This document shows, in pieces, positions 39,957 to 53,151 of a stretch of 64,000 bases of DNA; positions within the stretch are counted from its first letter, which is position 1; the number at the start of each line of letters is the position of its first letter. Origin of the DNA: Octopus bimaculoides (lineage: Eukaryota); NCBI RefSeq assembly GCF_001194135.2, contig NC_068986.1, positions 111,096,726 through 111,160,725 of the forward strand, in the 5' to 3' direction. The notes below the pieces were generated by a model. It was not told the origin of the DNA and made no database searches. It was given only the letters and a program-made list of their open reading frames with translations. A program made the position numbers and the translations under genes.

Positions 39957-42900
39957 AAGAGTGTGTGTGTGTGTGTGTTTGTGTGTGTAGAAGTGTATGT
40001 ATAAATATACACGTACTTGTATACATATCTACTCTATTGTAATTCGCGAACATAATAGTGATTACGTAGCATCTCTGAGTCATACGTAGGACGTTGAAAA
40101 TAATTTCTTCTCCCTTTCCCTCTTGATCCCCTTCTCCCTCCCTCACATACAAACACACATACACAGACATACATTCTGAACCGCACCAATATATTTATGC
40201 AAATTGTCTTCATACAATTTTGAGTTCAAATCGCACCGAAATTGAAACTAACTTTCATAATTGTTTGATCTTTAAAATAATAATAAATAAAAAGCCCTTC
40301 CTTACAATTGATGTTGGCTTCTCTTTTATGTCCGACTTTCAAATCTGATAGAAATGAATTGTGCGTCATAGTGAATACATGCACTCCATCACTGCTCGGT
40401 CGGCTTATCTATACTTAATTTTTTTTTTTGATCTATTGTATTATTATAACTTCATTATCGAATGTGTTTTCCTAATATTAAGTATGTAAAGCAGTTGAGA
40501 GACAACGGTCCGTTATACTCTGCAATCATTACTCACCGAAAATGAAAGCTTCACTGTCTTCACGCGAACTTCGACAAATAACAACGAAATCACCATCTTA
40601 TCACACACTACTTCCTTACAAAGAGAAAAAAAAAGGCATGAGATAATATATTCCTTGCTCTGTTACTAGGAAAATATGCCTTGGCCACAGCAGGCATGTA
40701 CGTGACTAAAGGTTTGCGACATTCAGAATAATTACGTTCACGAAAGCAACAAAAGCGTTAACAAAAACAGATGATGATGATGATGACAAAGACGACAACG
40801 ATTATGATGATGATATACACCATCATCAACATCATCATCTGGAACTATACAAGAACTACGTCATAATTATTCTCGTCGTTGTCGTCTGCCACGTCTTTGT
40901 CATCCTAATCATCATCTTCATCAACAACATCAACAACAACAATAACAGCAACATGCATCAACAGACTAATAGATTTAATTACTGTTTCGTTAACAACATA
41001 CAAATTTGAGTTCAATATGTCACCGACCGAAGTTGTGCAAATTGATGTCTGCCTTCTACTTACCTCCCTTGACAAAGATACAAAACTGATGGATTCACAA
41101 ACTTCTGTAACCACACATCAATTTATAATATTCACTCACATGGTACACAAAATTGGTTGGTTAACAATGCAGTCAATTGTATTTAATAGGACATTAGCAT
41201 TATAACAATGCTCTTCTTTTGCTAATTTTAAGGCACAAACCTTCTATTACTGATGAGATTTTCATAAACGTCATTTTTCAATCAGTGAAATTGAATATGT
41301 CATGTGGGAGATGATGGTGGAGAATGCTGAGCGAAACTTCTGAGAGTTATTACAAGGCTTTGGAACATCTTAGCACATCCGTTTTGTCAACGCGTATTTG
41401 GTGTCACTGATTCAACACCGACTTATTTGACACCGGGCATTTTAACGCTTCTTTCGTTTTCCGCCCTCCCCCCTCTCTCTCTCTCTCTCTTTCGCTGTAT
41501 CTCCGTTTACTTCGCTCTTTGTTTCTTTCTTTCATTCATTCGTTCATTCTTTCTTTCGTTCTTCTTTCTTTCTTCCCTTTCCCCTCTCTCTGCTTAACTG
41601 AGCGACCATCTAGTTATGTTTCCATGTATATGTAATGCACCCCCTCAACCCCTCTACCCCTCTATTTGTCCCCACCCCTCTGAATGTATATATTTCAGTG
41701 CGCGCACGGGTGTTTACATCGGTCGCCGAAAAGTACTGATGTCCAAAGAAGTTGAATGTCTGTCAATGGAGCCAAGACGCCAGTGTCCCAACACCGAGCC
41801 CAGTCACCTTATTCCGAAAATGCAAGGATCCTATTAATCCACCGAAGAACAGTGATCGCAAATAACCTTGAAAGACATAATGACATAACATCACCACATA
41901 AAACGTGACGTCATATGCGAGATGTCCTCATTGTGTCTTATACAATCAGTTAGAAAAAAAAAAACAAGCTACAAGACATTTCATTAAATATGTAACGTGT
42001 TATATCTGTTAACTCAAGCGATTACATCTCTGTCGATAATTTCGATAAGAAAGGTGCATTTAAAAATAGTTTTAGGGATAAAAAAATTAGTTTGGTATGT
42101 TACTGGTTCACATACATAATATATAAAATAAATTTAGATCATATGAAATTACATTCTTATGGAAAAATAAAAAAATCTCTGACATTAATTAATAGAAGTA
42201 AGACTAACCAGCGTTGAATGAAATAGCGTTGTGTACTATCATATTTAACATGGTCGTGTACACATGGAAATGGAAAGTCAATACGCTGGGGATGTTGTAT
42301 TGAAAGAAGAGATCTCCCATTAATTAATGTTCTTGAAAAAGGCGTCATTGGGCTGTGAACGGCGTCATTGGACCGTAGGACGCTTTCTCTTCTGCGTCGT
42401 CATGCTTCATCATGACAGACACCGAGCCATCGTCTATGACCAACAAAAACTCATTGTTCTTACATTAGAACAGCAAATGGTGCATTTGCTGATGCGCTCA
42501 AAGCTTTGTTAAACAAGCGAAGGGAGATAAATTTAACGTAGTAATTACCCATGAGCATGGCTAGGATAATTAATGCTGCCACCTTTTTCAGATTGTTGGA
42601 TGTCCCCAAGCTAGCTTTTTCAGATTAAACTCTGATGCTGTTACATCGACAGCATATCTATACATGACTAGCATATCTCTTTCTCCAGCTCTTATTGTAG
42701 ATACATGTAGCACGCTTTAATATATATACGTAGTAAATCATTTTGAGAATTTGACTGGTATTTTATCGATTTCAGAAGCTTCAAATGTAAAGTTGGCCTC
42801 GGCGGGATTTAACCTTCAAGTAATTTTCTTTAATTATATACTGCAGGGAAGTTACATGATGCTCCATCGATTTTCTCGACAAGCCACACGAGTATATCTA

Positions 42901-44904
42901 TGTATAATATCGCCAGTGGACACTATTTGCTAACATAAAACAACAGCAAGGAATATATATCAAATAGATTTATACATATTCCCTGATAAATTATGCATGC
43001 TAGGAAATCGGCTTCCATGGATGGCAAAGAAGAATTACTAAGAAAATTATGATGAGATGTTGGCGGCAAATTTTCGTAGAAAGAATAAATAGAATTCGGC
43101 GATAATTAATAGATATCTTTTCTCGTTTGTCGCTGATTTCTTCACCACTGATCTCGGATAACAGAGTGGGCTAACTGTAAAACGTTTTACATTTATGACG
43201 AATTGATCTGTGATAGCAAAATTTAGAGATCTGGTAACGATTCGCCCTGCTCTGCAAAAGTGCTTTCCAGCAAGAATGTACAATGCTCAGAACACTTCTT
43301 TGGTTCACGGAATGATATCCAATTCTCCCATATGTTTTATTATTCATGTATCACTAATTCACTTATACAATGTTTTTAAACCTAAAAGCCTGATAAACGA
43401 GGATAGATATACTATGAGGGTTTGATATTAAACCGTGTACTAAATTTTAACTTGTACAAAGATGACTTATCAGCTACGGAAGAAACGAACTCTAGATTTT
43501 GAAGTTAAGAAATATATATTTCCAAAGGATTATGCATCAGAATATATCTTTGTGTATAAAACATACATGTATAAATATAATAACTGTATGTGGCAGAGCT
43601 GAAAGAAAATATATGTCTTTCGTTTCTGTAACATTCTGTATATGATATATGGTGATAGGTCGCATTGCTTCACAAGCTTTAGTCGCAATAATATCTCCAT
43701 ATTCCGATACCGGCAGAAAAATATACAAAAATGTTTTCTGCGTTACGAAGCATAAATGTTGTTTAAAGAAAGCCCGGCAAGTTATTTGCCGTTGTTCATA
43801 CAATGAATGACAGAAGTCAGTCCAACATGATACGGATAATTCAGGTAAATCGACAAATATCTTGTGTCTTTGGTTATTCTTCATTTATATTAAATATTAG
43901 CTAACGTCAATTAATTTTCAATAAAATGCATCCTCAATATGAGTTGTAACATAACTCGAATTCTCTTTGTTTTCTCGTCATTACTTTATTGTTTATAGAA
44001 AGTAATTCACAACAAGAAATGCACAGAGAGACGTTTGTGTTATTACTATCATCAATAAGACAATGCTGACAATCATATTGCACTCTCATAGAACAACGGG
44101 AAAAGTATGGACTTCCGGCTAATGTGATGTGTATTCACCAATGATGATGGTGATCATAATAATAATAATAATAATAATGATGATGATGATGATGATGATA
44201 ATAATAATACTTGCAATAAGAATGTTGCATGTCTGTTCACGAGCATTGTAGTTGAAACTTTCGTAACAACAGCTATCGAACGTATTAAAAACAAAAATAA
44301 AACATCACTCATTTATTGCTGGTTTGATAAAGAGTTCCTTTCGTGCAAATCAAATTAGTAGTCGTAGTTTGCTGGCCATATTCAGGACAATAGCTAACGT
44401 GTGTCTGTTTGACATTCTTATTGGTAATTAATAACAAATTGGCATTCGATTGTTGATGCTTTGGCAGATAATGAATAAATTAGCACGTTAACTTCCTAGA
44501 AAGGGCAGTGTGTCCTTTCAGATATCAAGGGTTAATCTGTATGACTATCAATCTCTATGAGTTAAATGGAAAGCCTCCATTGTAAATATATAATACAGCA
44601 CGTTGATAACAACAGCAATGACAGATATATCTGCGAGTGGATATGCAGGTCGAGCGATACATGTCAATTGTATACTGCTCTGTTTCTTATCTCGTCACAA
44701 CGTTTTCGACAGGTTCATGAAGGTGTCGTAAGTCACGTAGATTTCTTCCCCAACATATAAGAATTATAACAGACACCTGCCCTACATTGACAGAATGCTA
44801 TAAACAGTCACAGGTGAGTGATGCTAGTGAAGAAAATAAATACATGGTATTACGTTTCAAGCGTATATGCATATATTTAATTACATGTATATGTACAGAT
44901 GTAC

Positions 44905-44940
<36 letters not shown>

Positions 44941-44993
44941 CTTTTTATATATATATATGAGTGTGTGTATGTATATATATATACATACATATA

Positions 44994-45026
<33 letters not shown>

Positions 45027-45885
45027 NNNNNNNNNNNNNNNNNNNNNNNNNNNNNNNNNNNNNNNNNNNNNNNNNNNNNNNNNNNNNNNNNNNNNNNNNN
45101 NNNNNNNNNNNNNNNNNNNNNNNNNNNNNNNNNNNNNNNNNNNNNNNNNNNNNNNNNNNNNNNNNNNNNNNNNNNNNNNNNNNNNNNNNNNNNNNNNNNN
45201 NNNNNNNNNNNNNNNNNNNNNNNNNNNNNNNNNNNNNNNNNNNNNNNNNNNNNNNNNNNNNNNNNNNNNNNNNNNNNNNNNNNNNNNNNNNNNNNNNNNN
45301 NNNNNNNNNNNNNNNNNNNNNNNNNNNNNNNNNNNNNNNNNNNNNNNNNNNNNNNNNNNNNNNNNNNNNNNNNNNNNNNNNNNNNNNNNNNNNNNNNNNN
45401 NNNNNNNNNNNNNNNNNNNNTATATATACGTGCGTGTGTGTAACTGTGCGTTTGTGTAGAATGAGAGATTAAATTTCATGCTTATATTTACTCGTAGAAC
45501 TTCAGTGAAAGCTATTGCATTTAAATGTTTAACTGTACAAATATTTATATAGCACTTGGGTGACACTATTGTTGCAAATTTCACCACTTTGCAACGAACT
45601 CAATCTTATGTATCGAAAACCTACAGTATAGTATACATTACAAGATATAAATTGAATATTAAGTGAAATAGAATAGACATTTTGCAAAGTAGTTTACCGT
45701 AATGAAATTATAGACTTGATCAGCTCTTACACCACGACAATTTGTAAGAACCAGTTTCAATCGTCGATTTGCGTTCAATTTGTTTCTAGGATGCAATGAG
45801 ACTTCCTTTCATCTTTTTTAAAGGCATTTTCCTTAAGACTCACTGCAATAAATCTTTCATGTTGTTGGTTTTGTTTGAGTCATTA

Positions 45886-46060
45886 GACGGCGGCCATCCT
45901 GGGATACTACACTGAAGAATTGTACTAAAACGAATCGACCACAGTAGTTCTTTTTAAAGCCTGCTACGTATTCTATTATTCTCTTTTGCCGGATCCCTAA
46001 GTTACAGGAACAGAAAAAAAAATATCAACAGCGGCTGTCAAGCTGTGGTTGGTAACAAAC
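45886..46060 (-). mobile_element. Degenerate 3' half of the tRNA-derived SINE
   Basis: cggccatcctgg...aatcgacc...ttctatt...tcttttgccggatccctaagttac aligns with the tail half at 61900-62050. Confidence 0.6.
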
Positions 46061-46085
46061 ACAAGCGCAACGACACCAGCACAAA

Positions 46086-46118
<33 letters not shown>

Positions 46119-46863
46119 GTGTATCTATTTATCTATCTATCTATCACGTATAGCAAAGTAAAATTAGAAGGTACCACACGAATAAAAATATATAGGGAAG
46201 AGGATGTGAGATTGCAGAGGACTTTTAAAGATGTTTATTGAATTGACCGGTTTCACTTTCTATTTTAAATTTCAAAAGCAAAGTGCAAAGCTTTGTGTAG
46301 CTTTTGTGGTGTTAAAAATTAGTTAACATAGATGCATTAAAGTACAGAGACGAGTCGTTGACAACGATAAGAAAATGTTAAGAAATAGAAACTATAGCTC
46401 TCTCACCTTGGTACTTCTGGTACATCACTACATACATACAGGCAATTGTATGTCGGTGTTTATCTGACTGTCTGTCTGTGTGCATGTGTGTGTTTGTGTG
46501 TATGTATGTATGAGTCTGTGAGGTTGTACGACTGTGGATAGATCGATAGAGGCTTTGTGTATAAACAGTTTACATAAAAGAGTTCAAAACAGGCAGTAAA
46601 ACAAGTTCATAACTGTTTATATGTTCATCAGAAAACATAATTGTTTCTAAGCATTTATACAGAAAGAATTCGTAGACAGTATTTGATAGGAGAAAGTGTG
46701 TATTGCTTAGTCAAAAGTTCATCAGATATTTTAATAGTTTATAAGGATTTTACAGGAATGACCAATGACCGACTTGTTTACTTCATCTCCAGTCTTGTTT
46801 ATGTGTTCTGCAAGGATTGTGTGCTATTTTTAGAAATAGTGTGAGAGGTTGGTTTCGGAACAG

Positions 46864-47860
46864 TGACAACAAAACATACAGATAGACGATACAAAGAAAA
46901 CAAGGATGGGACATTCGGAGTTTTCTTTCCTCAATCGAGTTCTAGATTATCTTTGCAATTTTGGTTGGTTTTACTCGAGATTGCGTCAAGCTGGACAGCC
47001 CCAACGAAAAACTAAGCTAAGAGGATTAGATTCCTTGGAAGAAAGCAGCGAATGTATACGAAAACAAGAACGAAAAAAAAAACGGTGAATGTTACACAAA
47101 TACAAATAACATGACATAACAAAAGGTGTCTTTCGATTAAGGACCAATTAAATTAAGCTGGCGTGTGTGGGAATAAAGTCTTACGGCAGGGATACAAGAT
47201 TTCACAGGCACAAGGAGGAATATTGCACGGATGACAGCCGAACCAAGAAAGAAAGGTCAGGCTTGGCTGAACACCGGTCACATGGGGAAAGAAGTGACAG
47301 ATGTAGAGGCAGAGAGACAGAAGAATTAATGAGGCGCGAGAAAAAATGACAGGGATACAATGAAGTGAAAAGAGGAGGGAAAGTGAGCAACAGCAGAAGG
47401 CAGGAAAATGTGATAGAGAAGGAACGATAGAACGAAGAGTGGAATGAACGAGTGAAAGGGCTGATAGAAAGAAAGAATATATTCCAGAACGCAAAACATC
47501 CAGACAGTTAGGTGATACAAAAAAGGGACAACAAAACATCCAGACAGACGATACAAAGAAAACAAGGACAGCTCAATCGGAGTTTTCTTTCCGGAGTCGA
47601 GTTCCAGATTATCTTTAAAATTTTGACTGGTTATCCTCGAGAATGCTCCAGTCTGGCCAGCTCCAAGCAAAAACTAAACTAGCCACTACACATTCTTTAT
47701 TTTCTCTCCTTGTTTCTTTGTGTGTTTCTTTCAGTGGAAGAGCGTAGGCTCGACACGTTAAAGACTTTTTCACTTCCCGAGCCTTAAACTAATACATCTG
47801 GTTGTTGTCTACACCACCTGCCTTCGTCTTTAGTTTTTTTTATGTGAATTCTCCCTATAA
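46864..47860. mobile_element. Non-coding Penelope-associated (pLTR-like) repeat: two diverged ~150-bp direct repeats (46864-47010, 47527-47680) plus a terminal segment ending in (TA)n
   Basis: The direct repeats are alignable by eye (gacaacaaaacat.caga.agacgatacaaagaaaacaagga...cggagttttctttcc...tcgagtt..agattatcttt). A hammerhead-like fold lies at 47727-47764. The PLE assignment is inference. Confidence 0.55.
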
Positions 47861-48832
47861 TATATATATATACATATGTATATATGTGTATATCGCTGTG
47901 AATGTAAACATTTATATGCATTCTTGCATGGGAATATATTTTATCATTTAAAGAAAATTAAATGTAAATAACGTTTTAAAATTCGTGTAACATTTTCTGC
48001 TTTCTATTTGAGATAATTTAATTTTTTTCTCCCATTCAATTCCACAATTCCACAAAAAAGGCAATATTCTTCGATCTCACTTCAAACGAACTTGCCGATT
48101 CTGATAGAGCTGAAAAAAGTGCATTATTTTAGAAAGTTGTTTACTGGAAATCAAACATAATATTTGCTGCAGGTTTCAATTCTTATTTGGAATTACTGTT
48201 ATTCAAAAATCAACACCGCTTCAGTATTGATCTGTTTTGTTTAAGAATGTGCATAGGAGAGTAACATGTTGTCCTGCTGTTACCGTGTTAGTATCTGAAT
48301 CATTTAAGTGGACAAAGGTTGGTGGGGGGAGGAATTGTAAACGAGAAATCCATTTTGATGTTCCTGGCTTATATGTGATCGTTTGAATGTAATCGTTCTC
48401 TACTGTCTTAAAAAGAAGACGCATTAACTAACGTCTTCCTGGGTAAATCTTGTCTAAATGACGAAACGAAATGATCACAGCTAGACTTTAACTGAATCAA
48501 GGTGCGTGTCTGGGCTGCTAAAGAGAATAATTAAACCTTCTTCAAATGATATTGATCCTTCTTACAACATAGAAGTTTATTTTGCACTAATTAATCATTG
48601 ATACACATCAATATTTAGTGGAAAAATTCTGTTTCGTTAGGCGTCTCGTAATTGTGAACATCAGAAACAGATTTGTTCCTTTATATCTTATAAACGAAGT
48701 AGTCACATTCCCCAACACAATGAGATAAATTCACGATCAGAATTATTAATTTGACAGTCAGAGATGTGGAATGAGTTATGGTTTGATGTCTGAGACGTAG
48801 TCCTCTGTTGGAATAGGGTTTAAGATGGACGG

Positions 48833-48936
48833 GTAGAGAAGATCCTACATTTCAGATCTTAATACAGAGAAGATGGTATCATTCCATCATTAAACGTCTC
48901 TGCATTAAGATAAAAACAATGTACGATCTTCTCTAC
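48833..48936 (-). ncRNA. Long imperfect hairpin, pre-miRNA-like candidate
   Basis: 12-bp perfect stem, 6-bp stem and 15-bp stem (one A-C on plus, G-U on minus), with a 26-nt apical region. Function unproven. Confidence 0.35.
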
Positions 48937-49414
48937 GTTTATGACCGAGACTCGTTTTATCCTATGTTAACTGCATCCATACCACCGTATATTTTGATGA
49001 ACAAAATCTACCAACACTATTATGGATCGCCGAGCCACCAGAGACAGTCTTTGAATTTATAACACCTTTCATTCACCCTTTTTAGTATCTTTTTTAAAGT
49101 TACAACTCTTAAAATACATATCTATATAAATTAATTTAAAATTAATCTCATTTGAATGTCTCCACCATTTACTTTCGCTCGTTTTACATGTATACATGTA
49201 TACATGTATACATATTTCTTTATTATATAATATATGTAATATATCTCATCTGTTTAACCGCATAATTGCCTGTATACCCGCTCAACTTGATCCCACTTTC
49301 AGCCTGTATTTACCTTCTGGAATGGTGCCCTGTAAAGACATCGGAGTCTATGTTAGAATTTTTTGAGCGCTACTAAATGTATTCTTTACAGAGTCTCAGG
49401 ATCTCATCTGTGAA

Positions 49415-49462
<48 letters not shown>

Positions 49463-52400
49463 ATACTAGCTGACGTACACGGTAATTCCCGGAAAAGCGA
49501 GGCTAATCCCTTTGTTCCGTTCTCAATTATTTATGTTGGCTAAAATGTCATGTAATTAGTTTCTTTCTACCTACGTAACAATACTGGGCTTAGTAAATTA
49601 AGCTGGTATCTAAAGGAACATAAACTATTTGGTTTGGAATGTAATATTCTATCTAAATCATTTCCACATGATGAAGGTAAATCTTTTTGCTCGCTCTGTA
49701 ACTATTAACTTTACTTCATCCGGTTCTCAGAGAATCCTCTTGTTAGCACGTTTAAAGAACGCGTTTATCTTTGCAGCCATTGGTAAAAAAAAAACATACC
49801 TTTAGTTCATATAAGTAATGTCTACCAGTCTGTAAATTTCGACATTTAACTGTCGTCTTACATCTCACTCCCACTAAATATATCTATTTCCATGACATTA
49901 ATCTCTATTCACCTATCGCACTATATTTCCCCACTTTTAATTTATTGAAAGCTAATTTCTTTCTTCCTCCTCTTTCTATAAATTGCCTTTGACGTTTTAT
50001 ATATATTAACGGTTTAAAAAAAGTAACGTACGAGAGTCCCTTTCATCATATATGCAGTAATCACATTCGGTAAAAATGTCTTATTGATGAGTTTTTTTTT
50101 TCTTTTTTTTTTCCTGATGAGAAGATTGCATTGTTTTTCATTATTTTATTCCTTTTGGAATATTACCAATGTTTTCTTCGAAACATATGTCGGAAGTATA
50201 AATATTTGAATAACACCTGCGTTCAACTGTATTCATTTATTTATTTATTTATCTATGTTATAGAAAATCATTTCGCCAAAACTTAGAATTTCTATCTCTA
50301 TAAGTAAGGCTGTTACACCCTTGGTACTCGTCGGAATTTTTGCTACCCAGGTAACTACTTATTTATTTTTCTGTGCTATTTGTAAACATTGAAAACACCC
50401 CCACACACATTTATATCTATCTATCTNNNNNNNNNNNNNNNNNNNNNNNNNNNNNNNNNNNNNNNNNNNNNNNNNNNNNNNNNNNNNNNNNNNNNNNNNN
50501 NNNNNNNNNNNNNNNNNNNNNNNNNNNNNNNNNNNNNATATGTATATATATATATATATATATAAATAAATATCTTTAAAATAAGTGCATTTTCAAACCT
50601 TCTTTCATATATATATATATATATATATATATCATTGTTTCTCTCGTCGTGAACGAAAATTAGGATTCAGTAAAACAAAGCAGTAATCGTGCACAATACC
50701 ACAGTGACCGGCAAGGAATCCATTTAGAAGAGCAGCGTTTTGCCAGCATACCTGCATACTTGCAATATTAGGCCCCGATTTTGGTCGGGTTTTCGACTTT
50801 TCTCAAATCTTTGAACTGGGGAGAAGCAGCACTGGCCCCTATCAGAACACACCAAGGAAAAGGAAGTCATTCATTCCATCTCATGCTGCACTCAGTGACA
50901 TCATTTATCATGCAATACACATGTTCCTTATAAATAAAGGATTTAGGATATGCTTCCTCACGCGATCGATGTACAAAATGTTAATCATAACGTATTAATG
51001 AATCTGTAGTTAAAGTAGAAACATATATTAACGGGATCAAAGGTGAAATAATTTGATTGAATACAAAGTCCATAAGTACAAAGCAGAGGGGAAAGACAGC
51101 TTGAAGGAGATTTTGGTGTGCGTGTGTGCGCGAGCATCAATCTTTGTCCCACGAGCTGTTGTTACTAATTAGTCGAATGTATTTTCTTTTGAAGTAGATT
51201 TGGATGTCTATTTAAATAGCATTGGCACGTAAAAGATATGGGAAGTCCTCACCAGAAATTTGTAGAGATAATTATTTAAAAAGTAATTAGGAATAACTAT
51301 GTGGTGAGGAAAAATCAACATTTGTAAACCAATGAAAACATTTGCTTTGATTATTTCAGAAAACATGTGAGAAATCCAAGGACATGTTCTGATATTATTG
51401 CGTCTCTTCCATCAATCCATTCCTTCAATTTATTAGCTGAACTAGTGATGAAAACAATCATTATGCTCATTCTGTCTATAAATCCGAATATCAATAAAAC
51501 AGATACACATTTACAAACATTATTGTAACTGTTTAACTGTCCAATAATTCTCGGGTTCAAATAATATGCCGACTAAACTTGACTCTCATATCACGATACG
51601 GTATGTTGGTGTTCAAACAGAAACATAACCTTGTCGGTTTAATTAATCACTCTCTCTTTCCGTCATACGTGACTGCGGTCAAGTCAAAAGACGGTTATAT
51701 AAACCACAAATCTGTTACCGGGTCGTCATTCATCTCTGGCATTGAGAAATATCAATAGTCAATACAATTAGCTGCCATCAGCTCAGTTCACTTAGCGGAA
51801 AGTAATTAGCGTAACTAGCGTAACGTCGTGTAGTCAACTTTATTCAGTATCACCGGAAATATATGAATTATGATGAAACGTGGTAAATTTGAAGTTACAG
51901 AGAATGATATTAAAATTCCTAAAATAAAGAAATTTTAAAATAGACCCAAAGAGAAACAAGGTTGTCAGCCGTTTCATCGATTTTGATACACCTTGATTTT
52001 TCTCAATAACGATAATATTAACTTTTACATGGGAAACAAACCAGGATTTGAATAGCAAAAACTGTCCGTTATCTCCTCGATTTCTGCACTTGAAGGGTTT
52101 GTATTTCATTAACCAGTGAAGGATGAGAGCCCAACTCGGTATCAGTGTGGTATGAACTCACAAAGGAAAACAAACGTGCTACTAAATATGGAAAGGAGTA
52201 TTGTTCAAGATTCTAGAACATTCGCTAATCCAATTACCTCTGTATTACCGGAAGATGATTCCACTTCACAATGTTCCCCTTCACTAACTGATACTTTTCT
52301 TTATTTCAAATTGTCCTGCTTAAATTAGAATGACGAACCCAGCAAAGTTAAGAAGAACTACGTGGGTAGAAACAAACAAATCACATGACATATTGGCCAA

Positions 52401-52691
52401 CATAAACTTATTTTCTTTTCTTAGCATCTTTCTGAAAAGTATTAATGATAAACAACATGGAAATTGAGTAAAATAATTAAAATATGATTATTTCCATGAA
52501 AGTGTTAAAGCAGACCTATTGTTTATATAATGTTTTCGCCGTTGCGTCATGCGGCATCTCATCATCTTAATGAATGATGACTGCATTGAGTGGTTTTAAC
52601 TCCTTTCATACACATACANNNNNNNNNNNNNNNNNNNNNNNNNNNNNNNNNNNNNNNNNNNNNNNNNNNNNNNNNNNNNNNNNNNNNNNNN

Positions 52692-52748
<57 letters not shown>

Positions 52749-53151
52749 TTGTGTGTGTGCTTATAAAGACACACACACACACACACATACACACACACAC
52801 AGATACACAATTACAGGCAACCCACATAAGCACATGTATACATATTCAAAAAGAGTAGTTTGTGTGAGTTAAAATGTCGCCATTTACCACAGGCGCCTAG
52901 TGTATTCATAGTATTCATAATGTATCATTATATAAAAGAAAATTGTTTATTTATTTATTATTCTTTTAGCACACATATTTAGCATGTCTGCTGCTTGTCA
53001 AAACAGTTTGTTACCAATCTATATTAGAAGTACTTCCTGGTTATTAAAATAACACCACAGACTCCCAGCAGTGTAACGAAAACACGAAAGGCGAATGTCA
53101 AAAGACCGTTCTTGTACATGATTGTATATAGGTATGTAGATATACACACAC

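Noticed and set aside
49462-50420. actagctgacgtac... start resembling non-autonomous Helitron-like elements
   Set aside because: Could not locate a matching 3' hairpin/CTRR end; resemblance only.
52116-52328. ORF KDESPTRYQCGMNSQRK... behind an acceptor-like ccag
   Set aside because: No recognisable domain and no good donor at its end.
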